A stretch of 61,773 bases of DNA, filler included, from Choristocarpus tenellus KU-1152 (lineage: Eukaryota; Protista; Phaeophyceae), in NCBI GenBank assembly GCA_964200185.2. It is 9 parts of 9 records of this genome, joined end to end, with 100 filler letters (N's around TTAATTAATTAA, not from the genome) between each part and the next. Parts side by side here need not be neighbours in the genome. Positions count along the whole stretch, not along the records: positions 10,315 to 24,589 come from CAXNAD020001240.1; positions 24,690 to 29,106 come from CAXNAD020014652.1; 7 more parts are not named here. One strand, 5' to 3'. Position 1 is the first letter of the stretch; the number at the start of each line of letters is the position of its first letter. Position numbers and translations under genes: made by a program. Under the pieces are notes generated by a model, which was not told the DNA's origin, did no database searches, and worked only from the letters and a program-made list of their open reading frames with translations. Positions 13,358-25,219 of this stretch are shown in pieces.

Positions 13358-16300
13358 TCAATTCAAAAAACATGTAAAGTTCTCCTTTGCAAGCCCAGGG
13401 TGAGCCTTCCCAGGGTCGGACCAGAGCTGATGAGCCACTGTAATTGCTCGGGACAACTCTGCCTTGTCCCCCTCCGCTGCAACCTCCTCCATCAACAACA
13501 AAAATACTGCTGGGTCTGGAATGCAGCCATACTGATGGTGTGTAGCATATGGGGGGTAGGTAGGGGTTGGACATTTGAGTTAGGTCATATTTTTTTGTGC
13601 TAATGCGTGTGTATGATAAAATGCCGAAGTGGGGGTAGGGTGTGCTGTGTCAGAGGATGGACGGGAAAGAGAGATTAGGCACATTTCTCTCCCAACCTCA
13701 GCCCTCTGGAAAAGAAGCAAGTATTATTACTGTACACTGAACTGTTTTGAGGTGCATGTTTGATGCGCTTCTTGAGGACCAACTATGAAATACTCCACCC
13801 AATGCAAGCACTTGAAAGGATATTCAGGTCGAAAGAACCTTTTACTCTTTCACCCTCCACTTAGGAACATAGATGTCCTGGGTAGAATGGGTAAGCAATA
13901 CTGTTGCATGTGGTGTATCGTTTACTTGCTTCTCACCAGACAACCTGGAAAGAGAGGAAACAGCACAAGGCTCACGCATTCATCCTTCAAAAAGGCAGAG
14001 GGTTAGTATAGGTAAATATCAACATTCTCCCATTGCCCCTTCTGTCAGAAACGACTCAACTATCCAATTTGAAGGAAACATGTAAAAATACCGTTAGTGT
14101 TGTGCAAAGTATACTGGGGCCTCAGTCCTCAGGAACGCAGATGTACTGGCAACATGTTGATGTATGCTACTCTCGGAAGCACACAGTACAAGCCGTTCTA
14201 TCAACAGAATGTCACCTAATGCACTGGAGGTGCTACTATCCATTGCAAATCAGGTCAACCCAATTAATGTAATGCCACTAATGTGGATCTGAGTGAAAGT
14301 ATCTTGGAGGGTACGAGTTTTGTCCTGTTTGTCCATTTGGGACTTGGCTTCCCATGGCTTCTTTTATGACATTTTCCTACTCTAAAATGTTTCGGAGTAG
14401 GCAAAATGTATATCTCATGAAAAGGTGTGTTCAAAACATAGATATTTGCACTTCCTAACAAACACGATAGCCAAAATTACATCAAAATCGCAACATTGGA
14501 TTTTGATCACCAAATGGACGCGGCTCTACCCTCTAAGATACTTTGGCTCTCTCGCAACATTTAATTCCACCACATGTATCGACCTTGTCAATTATTAATT
14601 CAACAGGTTCAAGACTCTGATGTATTGAAGGCGGATTGCACTGATTGCAAGTTACCTGCACTGGAATACGTGCAATCTCCCCAAAGCACTCATACCACAT
14701 AGTACAAATGGTACTACTGTGCTAAAATACCCTCTTAGGCACGGAGTACTTTGTGCCAATCACCACGATATACCACACTTGTGTGTCACTGATTGTGGCA
14801 ATTTCTATCTACATGATCCCCAATGTAATACATTGACTATACCACACCCACATTAGAATGCCCTGCACAGATATCATTGCAGAATGAAAGTATCTTAGAG
14901 GGTACGAGTTTTGCCCTTTTTGTCCATTTGGGGCTTGTCATTCCATGGGTTCTTTATGCCGTTTTCTTACTTCAAAATGTTTGGGAGTAGGTAAAATGTA
15001 TATGTTATGAAAAGGTGTGTCCGGAACATTGATATTGACACTTCCTAACAAACATGATACCCACAATTATATCAAAATCGCAACATCGGATTTTGGACCC
15101 CAACTGGACGCGGCTCTACCCTCTAAGATACTTTGGCTCAGCAGAGCAGCATATATTACACCTTTGGGCCACTCCCAATACTCGAACACTTGAGAGAATC
15201 TAACATTGCACAGCCAAACTACACACAGTTCATGACCCTGGAATACGCATGTAAACACAAAATAAAGCATAAGATATGCTAATGTCATGCACCTGGTTGA
15301 ACGCATGCTGAGAAAATGAAATAGCTTCCCCCACATCACCCATCCTGTGATAGCCCTTGACAATACAACCACATGTTATAGAGTTGGGTCTCATACTCAG
15401 GTTTGTCATCTCCACCAGGACCTCCCACGCTGCCTCCATGTTTGCCCGGGTCAGACCATGGATTAGGGTGTTGTACATAATGACTGAAGGTCTTACCAAG
15501 ATGGCATAGAGATCATGTTGGCGGGAACAAGCGGATTGCAGAGTTACCAGTCCAGGGGGGGAAATGAGTCATGAGGTGATGATGTACACAATATTTGGTT
15601 TGGGGATGAGAGACCAGCTTGAGAGCAGAACTCTATTTTGTTGTCTTAAATTGAATGGCATTAGGTGCAAGTAGATTGGTCCTACATATCACTTGCATCG
15701 TCCATTGCCACCAGCGTTTTGACACTTACTGATGCTGGAGGTAGGGGGTGGGAGAGGAAAACACTGAGGACACTTCAAATATATTTCTGAGACACTTGGA
15801 ACTCTATTGAAAAGTGAGAAGGTGTGAATGAATGATCTTCTGGCAGGTATAACAAAAGAGCATAGCCGTTAAGTGCAACAATAGCTTGGGAGTTGAAATG
15901 TTGATACCTTTCATGACCCAGATGTCAACAACAATGATGGGTACCTTCATTCTTCTGTTTCTAACACCGCCCCTCACAACTCATCTTGCCCTTTCATTGT
16001 TACCACATCTGATGAACAAATATGATGATACCAACCCTTCCCAACCTCCATGCTTCGTCGCAGGATACTCTCTAATAAAAGGATAATGCAGCTCTTCCAT
16101 GGGAGATAGGGCAAGGTTGAAGGTTAGAGCCTACATTTTTTTTATTTGTACGTAAGACAAGCCTTGTTACACCATCCTCAACTTTGTTGGTATAGTTCAC
16201 TATGCATTGAAAACAGGGGTGTGCCAATCATGTACCAACAGGAACAGGTGAGGTCTACATGTAGAGTACATTGGGTGGGGTGATCAAAGTAGGAATATTG

Positions 16301-19230
16301 AAGTTCCATCCTTCATCACTTACTTGAAACCAGAAGACTTGACCTCCTGGATGATCTCCCGAGCCTTCTCAAAGTCCATTAACAGACAGTGGAGCTTAGG
16401 AAGGTTGCACCAGAGAGGACCGGCACAGATTGTAGTTCACAATAGTGTCCATAGGGGCCCAAGTGCAAGGCAGTGGACAAAAGGAGGATAGAAGGGGGGA
16501 GTCAGCCACAGCTTTTACGTTAACAGGAACCTTGGAGGCAAAAGTTTGGAGGGTTCTGCAAACTTGACTTCTTACTCTTGAGTGAACCAGACCAGTCGCT
16601 CGAAAGTAGAGACTAAAAAATGAAGGACACAGGGAGCAGCAGTAGCTATACTTCCACCGTACATAATTCACTTGAAACATACACATCACAAAAAGCAATA
16701 TGAGCAAGTATTACATCATAACACATGCAAAAACGTAACAGGTGCGAAATAAAACACAAAGGATTGAAAGTGAGGGGAGGGGGACAAGGCGCCTTCAATC
16801 CTTGCAGGATTGACCTCCCCCCCACTCCCTCCTGCCCGCAACCATTTTGCAAGAGATGCTTCCACCATATGCGGTAGCTCTTCTATATATGTCACACCTT
16901 GCAGATGATGTTGAATGTCACTATATCTGCCTTGACTGGATGGTGCATCCCTCCCCATCCCACTTCCACTTCCTTCAGAAACTCCTGAGCCTCCCTTGAC
17001 AAGAGATTCCTCCCGTGCCCCCCCCTAAGTTTTATCTATCACAACAAGCAACACACAATAGGATGCGGATTTCTCTCAACTAAAAGAGGGAAGGAGAGAG
17101 GAGGACTAGCAGGAACGGAACAGCAGAAATGACAGAGTAGCTTAAAGGCCATCAAACATGCCATATTTTGTTTGCATTGACCATGACTTCCAACACAAAA
17201 GAGTTGATCAAGTCCCTTGAACCACCCCCTTCCTCTCTCTGTGACATGTATACCTGAGGCGACCTAGCAGCAGAACAAAATGCTTCCAAACAATAGTTGA
17301 GCAAAACATTGTTCAAGTTATATCCATTCTCCGCCATGTTCCTCAGTACCCACTCCAAATCCTTTCGGGGTGACACTGACTCTCTCTGTTCCTTTCTTCT
17401 ACTCAGTCCTTGGGCCTTGGTAAGTATGGACAACAGGTAAGAAGATGTTGACAGAGACTTGAGAAGGGAGCGGTGGGTTAATAAGGAAATTGGAATGAGG
17501 CTCCCATTTTTCTCCATTGCTCGCTTGAGAACACCTATTGCCTCACACCCCATTCCCAGTTCTGCCATCGCCTGGACACGTTCCTCCAATGAAAGCACAT
17601 CCATCCACTCCTCGCTACATGTATCCTCCACACCATTGATACTCTTCCCAATCACTGTTGCCACAGCACACCCAATCTCCACGTTACTTGGATTACCTAG
17701 GCTGGTCAACTCATGTTTCCTCTGAGAGGCAAGTAGGGAGTAGTTGAGGAAGATCGGCGAGGCAGGGCCACTTGCATCCCTCACCTCCACACCCTCAGCC
17801 TGTGCCTCCTGTAGAACAGGCACTGGTAAGGCAGTTGTGGTAGTCCCTCCTGATACCTCTACACCTTCCTCCTCTAACTCCCCCTCTGCCTCAGCTCCTG
17901 GGTGTATTCTTTGATCCTTCCCTTTCCTCTCCTGGCGATTATTTTTTGATCTCTTCTCAATACTACCATGATCCCACTTGTCGTCCATGAGTAAGAACGG
18001 GTTCACAGAGGATCTGCTGAGAAGGCGAAATGCTCTGGCCTTCTCAACCTTACTTCCATTACGCATCACTGACTTTGCCAGCATACCGATGAGAGTTGGT
18101 GTAGGTGTGTAGCCCTGAGTAACCTATTGTTCAAATGAAGTGAGGCAGCAACGGGTGGGGTGGGGGCAATGTTTTCCCCAATCCAGGTGTGATCGAGGGT
18201 GCTGTCAGTTAAATCAACTGTGGAATGGAGGCAAAGCTAATGTGTGGGGTGTGTATGGGTACTAAAATATACTCCTGAATGACAAAACTAGAAATGGGTA
18301 GCGTGCAAAAGGAAAGCAAGAGAAATAGATTGGGTTTCTAGTATGGTCAAGTAAAACAGAAGCACAAAGACAAGGATAAAACTCCTCTTCTATCACAGTA
18401 TTGCTTCAATCTCTTGGAAGGAGTACCTGAGTCAGAACATAGGCGGGTTAACCCTCCCCTGTCATGGAAGTAGTGTGTATGGAGGGGTTGAGAAAATTTG
18501 AATCAGCAGTGTGAGAGAGTGACAGGCGAATTCGAGGGTGTAGAGTAGGGTGTATGTACTCGCAATATTTAGTGACAAGGCATGAATCATGTGTCTGTTG
18601 AAACAATGTATGTGTGGTAATGGAGAGAAATAAACACTTGGTGGCATGGCGTGAATGAGACGTTTGTTGTGGCGCTATATGTTACAATGTCGTTTGAAAT
18701 TACCTTCGTAGGTAGTCAACTTGTAGAAAGGAAATAAATCTTGACTCACACTAACATTGGCGATTAGGTGACACAAAACGTGAAACATCTAAATCAATAC
18801 TGTACATCACATTGAGCCAATGGGACCTATTCACGCCCCTATCCCCACAAAGCTTGTCGATCTTGGTATGAAGTCTATTGCATCCTACTCCATCGATTTT
18901 CCACCCCCCTCCCCAAAAAGCAAGTAAACATGAGCTGCCATTTACACCAACGCACCATATCCTCAATAGCATTCATTGCCCTTCGGAAATCAGCGGATGG
19001 GCGCATGGAAAGGTTGATCATAGCTAAAAGGACCAAAGATGTATGATCCAGCTTCATTCCGTCCTCCTCCTTCACCACAGCAGTGGAATCAGTGGTGATG
19101 GCAGCAGAGGACCTCCAGCGGTCCAAAGCCTTGTCGATTGCTAAGGCTATGGCCTTTGCACCATCAGGACCATGAAGAAGGTGTGTGGTCATGAGCACCA
19201 CATGCAGCTCCAACGATATCTGAGACTTTT
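13358..19230 (-). CDS. Pentatricopeptide repeat (PPR) protein, multi-exon, 5' end not located
   Basis: Exons 19230-18956, 18123-~17255, ~16994-16898, 16394-16324, 15491-15293 and 13531-13358. The junction between the second and third listed exons is ambiguous. Joined text gives PPR motifs: AMNAIEDM/VTQGYTPTPTLIGML; VKADIVTFNIICK/LHCLLMDFEKAREIIQEVKSSGFK/PSVIMYNTLIHGLTRANMEAAWEVLVEMTNLSMRPNSITCGCIVKGYHRMGDVGEA..FNQ/YGCIPDPAVFLLLMEE. Confidence 0.85.
14291..14549. mobile_element. MITE family A (~259 bp), copy in a PPR intron
   Basis: Imperfect TIRs of about 23 bp, GAGTGAAAGTATCTTGGAGGGTA / TACCCTCTAAGATACTTTGGCTC, flanked by TCT...TCT. Homologous to 14882-15139 and 42924-43182. Confidence 0.85.
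14882..15139. mobile_element. MITE family A, second copy in the same PPR intron
   Basis: Collinear with 14291-14549 and carries the same TIRs. Confidence 0.85.
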
Positions 19231-19532
19231 CTGCAAAGAGAGAAAATGGAATTTGCAGGTAGGCAGAGCTTGAGTGGTTGCTGTGAGGTGTTAGGCAGGA
19301 GGACTATTGAATCTCAACAAGGAGAAATCACTTCTGGTCTACTCCAAACGATTGATCAGAGAGACATCTGCACCATTATCGACATTGCCTTACGGTCAGT
19401 GAACTCCACCACTCCAATACCCATCACTATGGTCTTAAAGACTCAAGGCACTTAACACCATTCAGAACAATAGCAAGGGTGGGTAATTTGCACAAAAAAT
19501 ACACTACCGACAATGTGGAATGCATGTTTGTC

Positions 19533-22500
19533 TGTTATACTGTTGTACTGATTGAGGTTCCTTGTCAAGCATCCATGATTCCACTGGCGGACCTTCCGTC
19601 AGGATGAAACCATGGAAGCTCTTCACGAGACCAATCCCACAGACTTGGTACAGCTCGTCATTAAGAGTTGTCACTCATGAAATATCCACTTTGTTCTCAC
19701 GTCTTGACTTGTGATGATGAAGCCCCATCTTTGAAGATGCTAATCACTCCTCAATTTGCACCTGTCTAATCTTAACCTCGTACCCTCGGTTATGGTTTGT
19801 CTTTGTTTGTCTGGTCCGTCTTGCCTGGTGATTCTCTTCGCCACATTTACCTGAGTGAACCGCACCGCCACAGAATCACACGATTCACATTGGCGACACT
19901 GGTAAACTCAGAAATAGGGTGATTTTTTGTTTGACCACGGATGAAATATGCCAAATTCAAGATCGAGGCGAAAACGTCGTGCACAGGAGTGCCTGACCCC
20001 ACATCTGGAACTATCCAGAACACTAGAAGAAGAAATTCAAGGACACGAGTCTACGGAGGACATGGAGTCTTCAACAAATCACGGCTCTGACTTGTCTAGT
20101 GTTGTGTCTACTTCATCTAGTAACAGAACACTTGCTGAATATAGACAAGGTTCTCCTCCTCCCCCTCCAACAGATCATCAGGCTCATACCAGACCTGTGT
20201 TGTCGACCCTAGAGCATCATGTCAGCTCAGGCGACTGTGACACTTGTCGGGTCCTCTTTCAGGAAGAACCTGTCCCGCCTCCAAGTTCCACTACTTGTGA
20301 GTTGGCCATTTTGCAGGCCAATTTTGGTGATGCTGTACCAGCATTCATTGCACACCACGTCAACGAGTGCACAAGAACAAACACCGTGCCTCCTGAATGG
20401 CTTCAGGACCTGCTAAAACTTCAAGTTCGGGGAACGGGCATCGATCACGTTCCTTGGGCAGACTTTTTCCAGTTACAACGAGAATGTCAATGGCTCCATA
20501 AGGAGGTGGAACATCACTGAGCGGGGGAAACAATCCTCAACAGGTCCCCAGCTCAGTCTCTGACAAGTCCACCTACCCCAGCCAGTTCAACTGACCGATC
20601 ACCACGACCCCTGGACACGTCACACTACGCAGAGACACCATCAACACTCCAGTACACCGTTGATCAACACCAAAGTAGTGCGTGTCAGTACCCGGATTGT
20701 CAGGCAGCAACTCGCGAGGGTCATACAACCAAGTCGTGCTTGAACAATCCGAAGGGTACTTGTAGGCCGCACCTGCATCATAGAGGAAGGGGTCGTGGTG
20801 GTTGTGTTCGTGACGATGGACAGTCGACACCAGGCCATTATGTCCCTCGTCCCTAGGGGTGCCCAGGTGGATTTGACTCCTGTCCACTTGGGAATAGTCC
20901 TGGTGTTGTTGACACCATTGTAGGGAGTGGCAAGCGTCGGAGGTTGACAACAGTCACACCTCTTGCTTCTCAGGCATCGTTTATTGTCTGCACGTGTGTC
21001 ACTATGCATTTTTCTTTGCCATTAGTTCAACCAAGCTTGTGTAATAATAATGAAACTTGGTTTAACGGATCTTCCTACAGATACCCATCTATGCCCAAAC
21101 CTTTATCGTTTTCATCACAAAGGGTTCGTGTATCTGGCACCGTTGAATAACAAGAGGAAAACGACTTGACTTGACTATTGACACAGCTAGTGATGTAGCA
21201 CGTATTTCAGATATACTTGTTCACAATCACCCTCAACTGAAACGTTTTAATGTGAATCCTGTCCCACCTGGTGTAATAAATCTACGTATGGCAAAGGGTT
21301 CACAATTGCATATTCGTGGATTTATTCGTTTTGCACTTACACTTGGTGACACCACATTGCCAGTTGAAGCTTTAGTGATTGACTTGGTCCAGATAAAATT
21401 CTGCTTGATAATAATGTTATGCAGACCTTCGGAGCAATCCTTGATTGGCAAGAACAATGTCTCTCATTCCACAACAGTTCGTGTACCATTTCAGCGAGAC
21501 ATCACATGACAAGTAGTCCTACTTAACAAGTACGTGATACAAGTACCACTCCTTCATGCTCTGTGGTGAGTGTGCAACACGATTTTGACCCTGTACCCGT
21601 TCGTGTACATGAACAGTAAAACATACCACCTGGTCATGAGTCATTGTACGTTGCACAACTGATGCTAGCCCACTGCTTGATACTGTCGTCGTAGTGGAAC
21701 CAGGCACACATTCTACGCCTGCTGTAGATCAAACCACTGAATCTACACACCCATGGAATCGTATCGTAGCTGCTCGCACCCTCAGTACTTGGTCAGCAAG
21801 TAATAGATAAGTATTGGTTCAAATGGCAAACCCAACAGCATGAAGGGTCTGTATCAAGAAGCATCTTGTGATAGGTAACTTAACCCCAATTTCTGATCAA
21901 ATACCAATCACTGTTAGTGCTCTAAATACTGATTCTGCACTGTTCAGCAAAACTAGAGAGGAGTTACATCACGCCTTCAGGAAGGCAAATGCATTCAGAG
22001 TACCACGTTCAATCAGTCGCAAGTGTCTCAACTTTTAGACCTTTGCGCTCGTTATAGATCGGTATTTTCGTTGAATGCAGCAGAACTGGGCAGATGTACT
22101 CTAGCTTAAGCAGAAATTCCTGTAAGGCCCGGTACCAAACCTGTTGATAGGAACCCATACAGAGAAAATCCCTGTACTCAACAAGTAATTGACTCATGTA
22201 TTAATACTATGGAAGAGCATTGCATCATTGAAAGACGTGCCAGCCCTTGGGGTAGTCCTGTTACCATTTTGGATAAATCTGATGGCTCCCCACGATTCTG
22301 TGTGGACTAGGTCAACTGGTAACAAACACCTGGTTCGACAGACTTGGCCTATGCCTGATATAGAGTCTCATATTGATACCTTTGGGGGTGCAAAATTCAT
22401 CACCGTTTGTAATATTCAGAGTGCATATTGGCAAATTCCTGTTGCTGAAGATGATATTGATAAAACTGCTTTTATCACGTCCAGAGGCAAATATGTTTCT

Positions 22501-24589
22501 AAGAGGATGCCCTTTGGGATATCAAATGCTCCCTAGCAATTTCAAAGAATCATGTCCTTAGCCTTTGCAAATTTTGGTCCACTGAGCGGTTTGCTAGTTT
22601 ACATGGATGATCAGATTGCTTGTTCTCCCACATGGGAAAGATATCTAAACTTACTAGAACAGCAATTCAAAGCTTTGCAAGCCGCAGGTTTAACCTTGAA
22701 ACCGCCAAAGATCCAATTTGTACCTAAAGAAGCGCGCTATCTGGGTCACATTTTATCGTCTGAAGGAATTCGCATTGGTGAAGATCGGGTTCATGCAATC
22801 ACTGAATTACCCAAACTCACCACCAACATGGTATGGTTAATTTTGTGCGTAAATTCATCCCCAACTTAGCCACAGTAATTGAACCATTAGTTCTTCTCAC
22901 TAAAAAAGGTGTCAGTAAGAAAGTTGAATGGGGATTGGACCTAGGTATCATTGCATACTTCAGCAAGAAATTTGATGAAGCTCAATGCCATTATTCAGCT
23001 ACATTAAGAGAGTGTGATGCAGTCGTCACAGTTATCACTCATTGGTGACCGTATCTTTCGGGTAGACACTTTACCTGCATCACAGATCATGCTGCATTGT
23101 GTTACTTGTATAGAATGCCGGATACCAGTAACATGCTTACTTTTTGGGCTATTGCTCTTTAAGCTTATGATTTCACAGTCGAACACAAGCCCAGGAAGCT
23201 CAATGTTATACCTGATACACCATCTCGCATTTTCAAGTTTGAGGAACAAGAGAAATCAGTTGCTCCAATGCTGGCACCAATCTGTTGTAATGTGCCTGAG
23301 GTAGTCGTGCATTTACCACACGTGTTCAAAAGGAATATGAGTTATCTGCTTCTAACCTCGATCAAGCAATGCCCGTCCAAAGTGATTGTGAACTATTTAC
23401 TAGTTCCATTACTGTGTTTCCTGCAGTGAACCAGGAGCAATTGCACAAGGAGCAGGAATCCGAGTTCGGACCATATTTCAGGTATTTGCAGTCTCCCAAC
23501 GTCACCCCACTACCTGCGAAGGAATCAACATCCATGTTGTACTTTTCCCTTTGTAATGGCTTACTGTAACGTTCGTATTTACCAAGGACATCTTCGTAAG
23601 AGGAGCACGTTTAGAGACCAGTTGGTCATTCCTCGCTCATTAGTCCATCTTGTACATCATGCTTGTCATCACCATGCATTGTCTGGAGGTCACTTAGGTT
23701 TCAAACCCACGTTCGAGAGAGTTAGAGACTTGTCTTGGTGGCCAACATTCAATATTGACAGTCGTACATGGTGTCGTAATTGTCAAGCATGCCAAACGCT
23801 TAAGACTGCTCATAAGAAGCCTACACTTCCCACTGGCCATATGCCCGTTGACAGACCATTTAAATGTGTTGCTATTGATTTGGTAGAGCACAAAACACGT
23901 TCCCAGTAGCAAACGGTGTCATGTGCTCGTATGTGTTGTCTGCCCTCGATCACCTCACTCGTTTCGTTGTGCTGAGCCCTGTCCCAAATAAAGAGGTCGC
24001 AACAATTGCTCGTACGCTGGTAGAATGCTTATTTCAATTTTCGACTCACCTGACTTGCTACATTCTGATCAAGGTAGCGAATTTGAAAACAGTATTGTTG
24101 CAGAGTTGCAGTCTGTCTTTGGTTACAAAAAAAACAAAACCACACCGTATTACCCCCAAGGAAATTCTGTATTAGAGAGAGTACATGCTACGTTGCATTC
24201 TATGCTAGCAATGTATATCTCTGTTGCTGAGGATAACTGGGCATCGTTATTGCCTTTCGTACAGTTAGCCCATAACAAAGAATTAAGTGCAAAGTTGCAT
24301 GAAACCCCGTTTTTCCTTCTGTTTGGAAGACAAGCTCACTTACCTGTTGATATTATCCTTGGTTTGTCTAATGCTGATTCAGATGTCACTACTGAAGAGT
24401 TTATTCAGCACACCAAAGATAATTTACAGCTAGCATTTGAGTTGGCACGTCGTAATCTCGATGAACACGTTAAAAATCAGGAGCGTGTCAACCAATGTCT
24501 CGTGTTCCCCATTTCCGTGCCTGGTGATCAACTTCTAGTCCATAGGCCACATGAGAGTACTGATGGTTCGAATCCGAAGTTACTTCACC
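19533..24589 (+). mobile_element. Decayed Ty3/Gypsy LTR retrotransposon (5' LTR, PBS, gag, PR, RT, RNase H, IN), truncated at a gap
   Basis: The LTR ends in CA at 19889 and is followed by a PBS at 19891. Gag starts at 19948 with a CQYPDC..GHTTKSC knuckle. Protease TIDTASDV near 21175; RT AYWQIPVAEDDIDKTAF..MPFG..YMDD at 22190-22870; integrase H-H-C-C zinc finger, VAIDLV, LHSDQGSEFEN and YYPQGNSVLER. The PR-RT-RH-IN order indicates Gypsy. Many stops and frameshifts. The LTR start (TG at 19533) is a guess. Confidence 0.92.
19891..19904 (+). promoter_or_regulatory. Primer-binding site of the Gypsy element
   Basis: TGGCGACACTGGTA, 1 nt after the LTR-terminal CA. It is complementary to a tRNA 3' end ...CAGTGTCG-CCA. 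Confidence 0.65.
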
Positions 24590-24689
24590 NNNNNNNNNNN
24601 NNNNNNNNNNNNNNNNNNNNNNNNNNNNNNNNNTTAATTAATTAANNNNNNNNNNNNNNNNNNNNNNNNNNNNNNNNNNNNNNNNNNNN

Positions 24690-24768
24690 CCAAAATTACA
24701 TCAAAATCGCAACATCGGATTTTGGGCCCCAAATGGACGCGGCTCTACCCTCCAAGATACTTTGGCTC
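24690..24768. mobile_element. MITE family A, 3' fragment at a contig start
   Basis: Matches the last ~80 bp of 14291-14549, including the TIR. Confidence 0.85.
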
Positions 24769-25219
24769 CTGCACTGGAATCACTAGTAGTACTTCTGAGT
24801 GTGTGAACAGGTCATGATTTTGAGCCTGTATATGGAATCTGGTAGCGAGCTGCGTTAGAATTCCCACATCAAAGGCAAGACTTTCAAACACTGCAATACA
24901 CTCAATCCAAGGTATACCTTTGAATGTTGCTCTGCCAATGGGACCTTTGCATGAATGAGCTGTGGTTCTCCTTTCATTGGTCGTTTATCTCCAAGGGCAT
25001 CGTGCTTCAGTGCTAAGTTTGTGATGCTATTTGTCATATTTTCGGATATGAAGTGAAGACAAATTACATTTCAACCTCAATGCTCTCCAGGGGCCTGGCA
25101 TAGTGGTCTTACACACCATATTGGTAGGCACAGGCAGGATCGATGCCCCATTCAAACAATACCTGAATATTGTCTTTCTTGCACAATCCGTCCACCAAAA
25201 CCTGCCCGTCTAGCTCAAA

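Noticed and set aside
19565-19655. Possible extra PPR exon (WFHPDGRSASGIMDA) on the minus strand
   Set aside because: It ends in a stop with no GT donor and lies within the presumed LTR.
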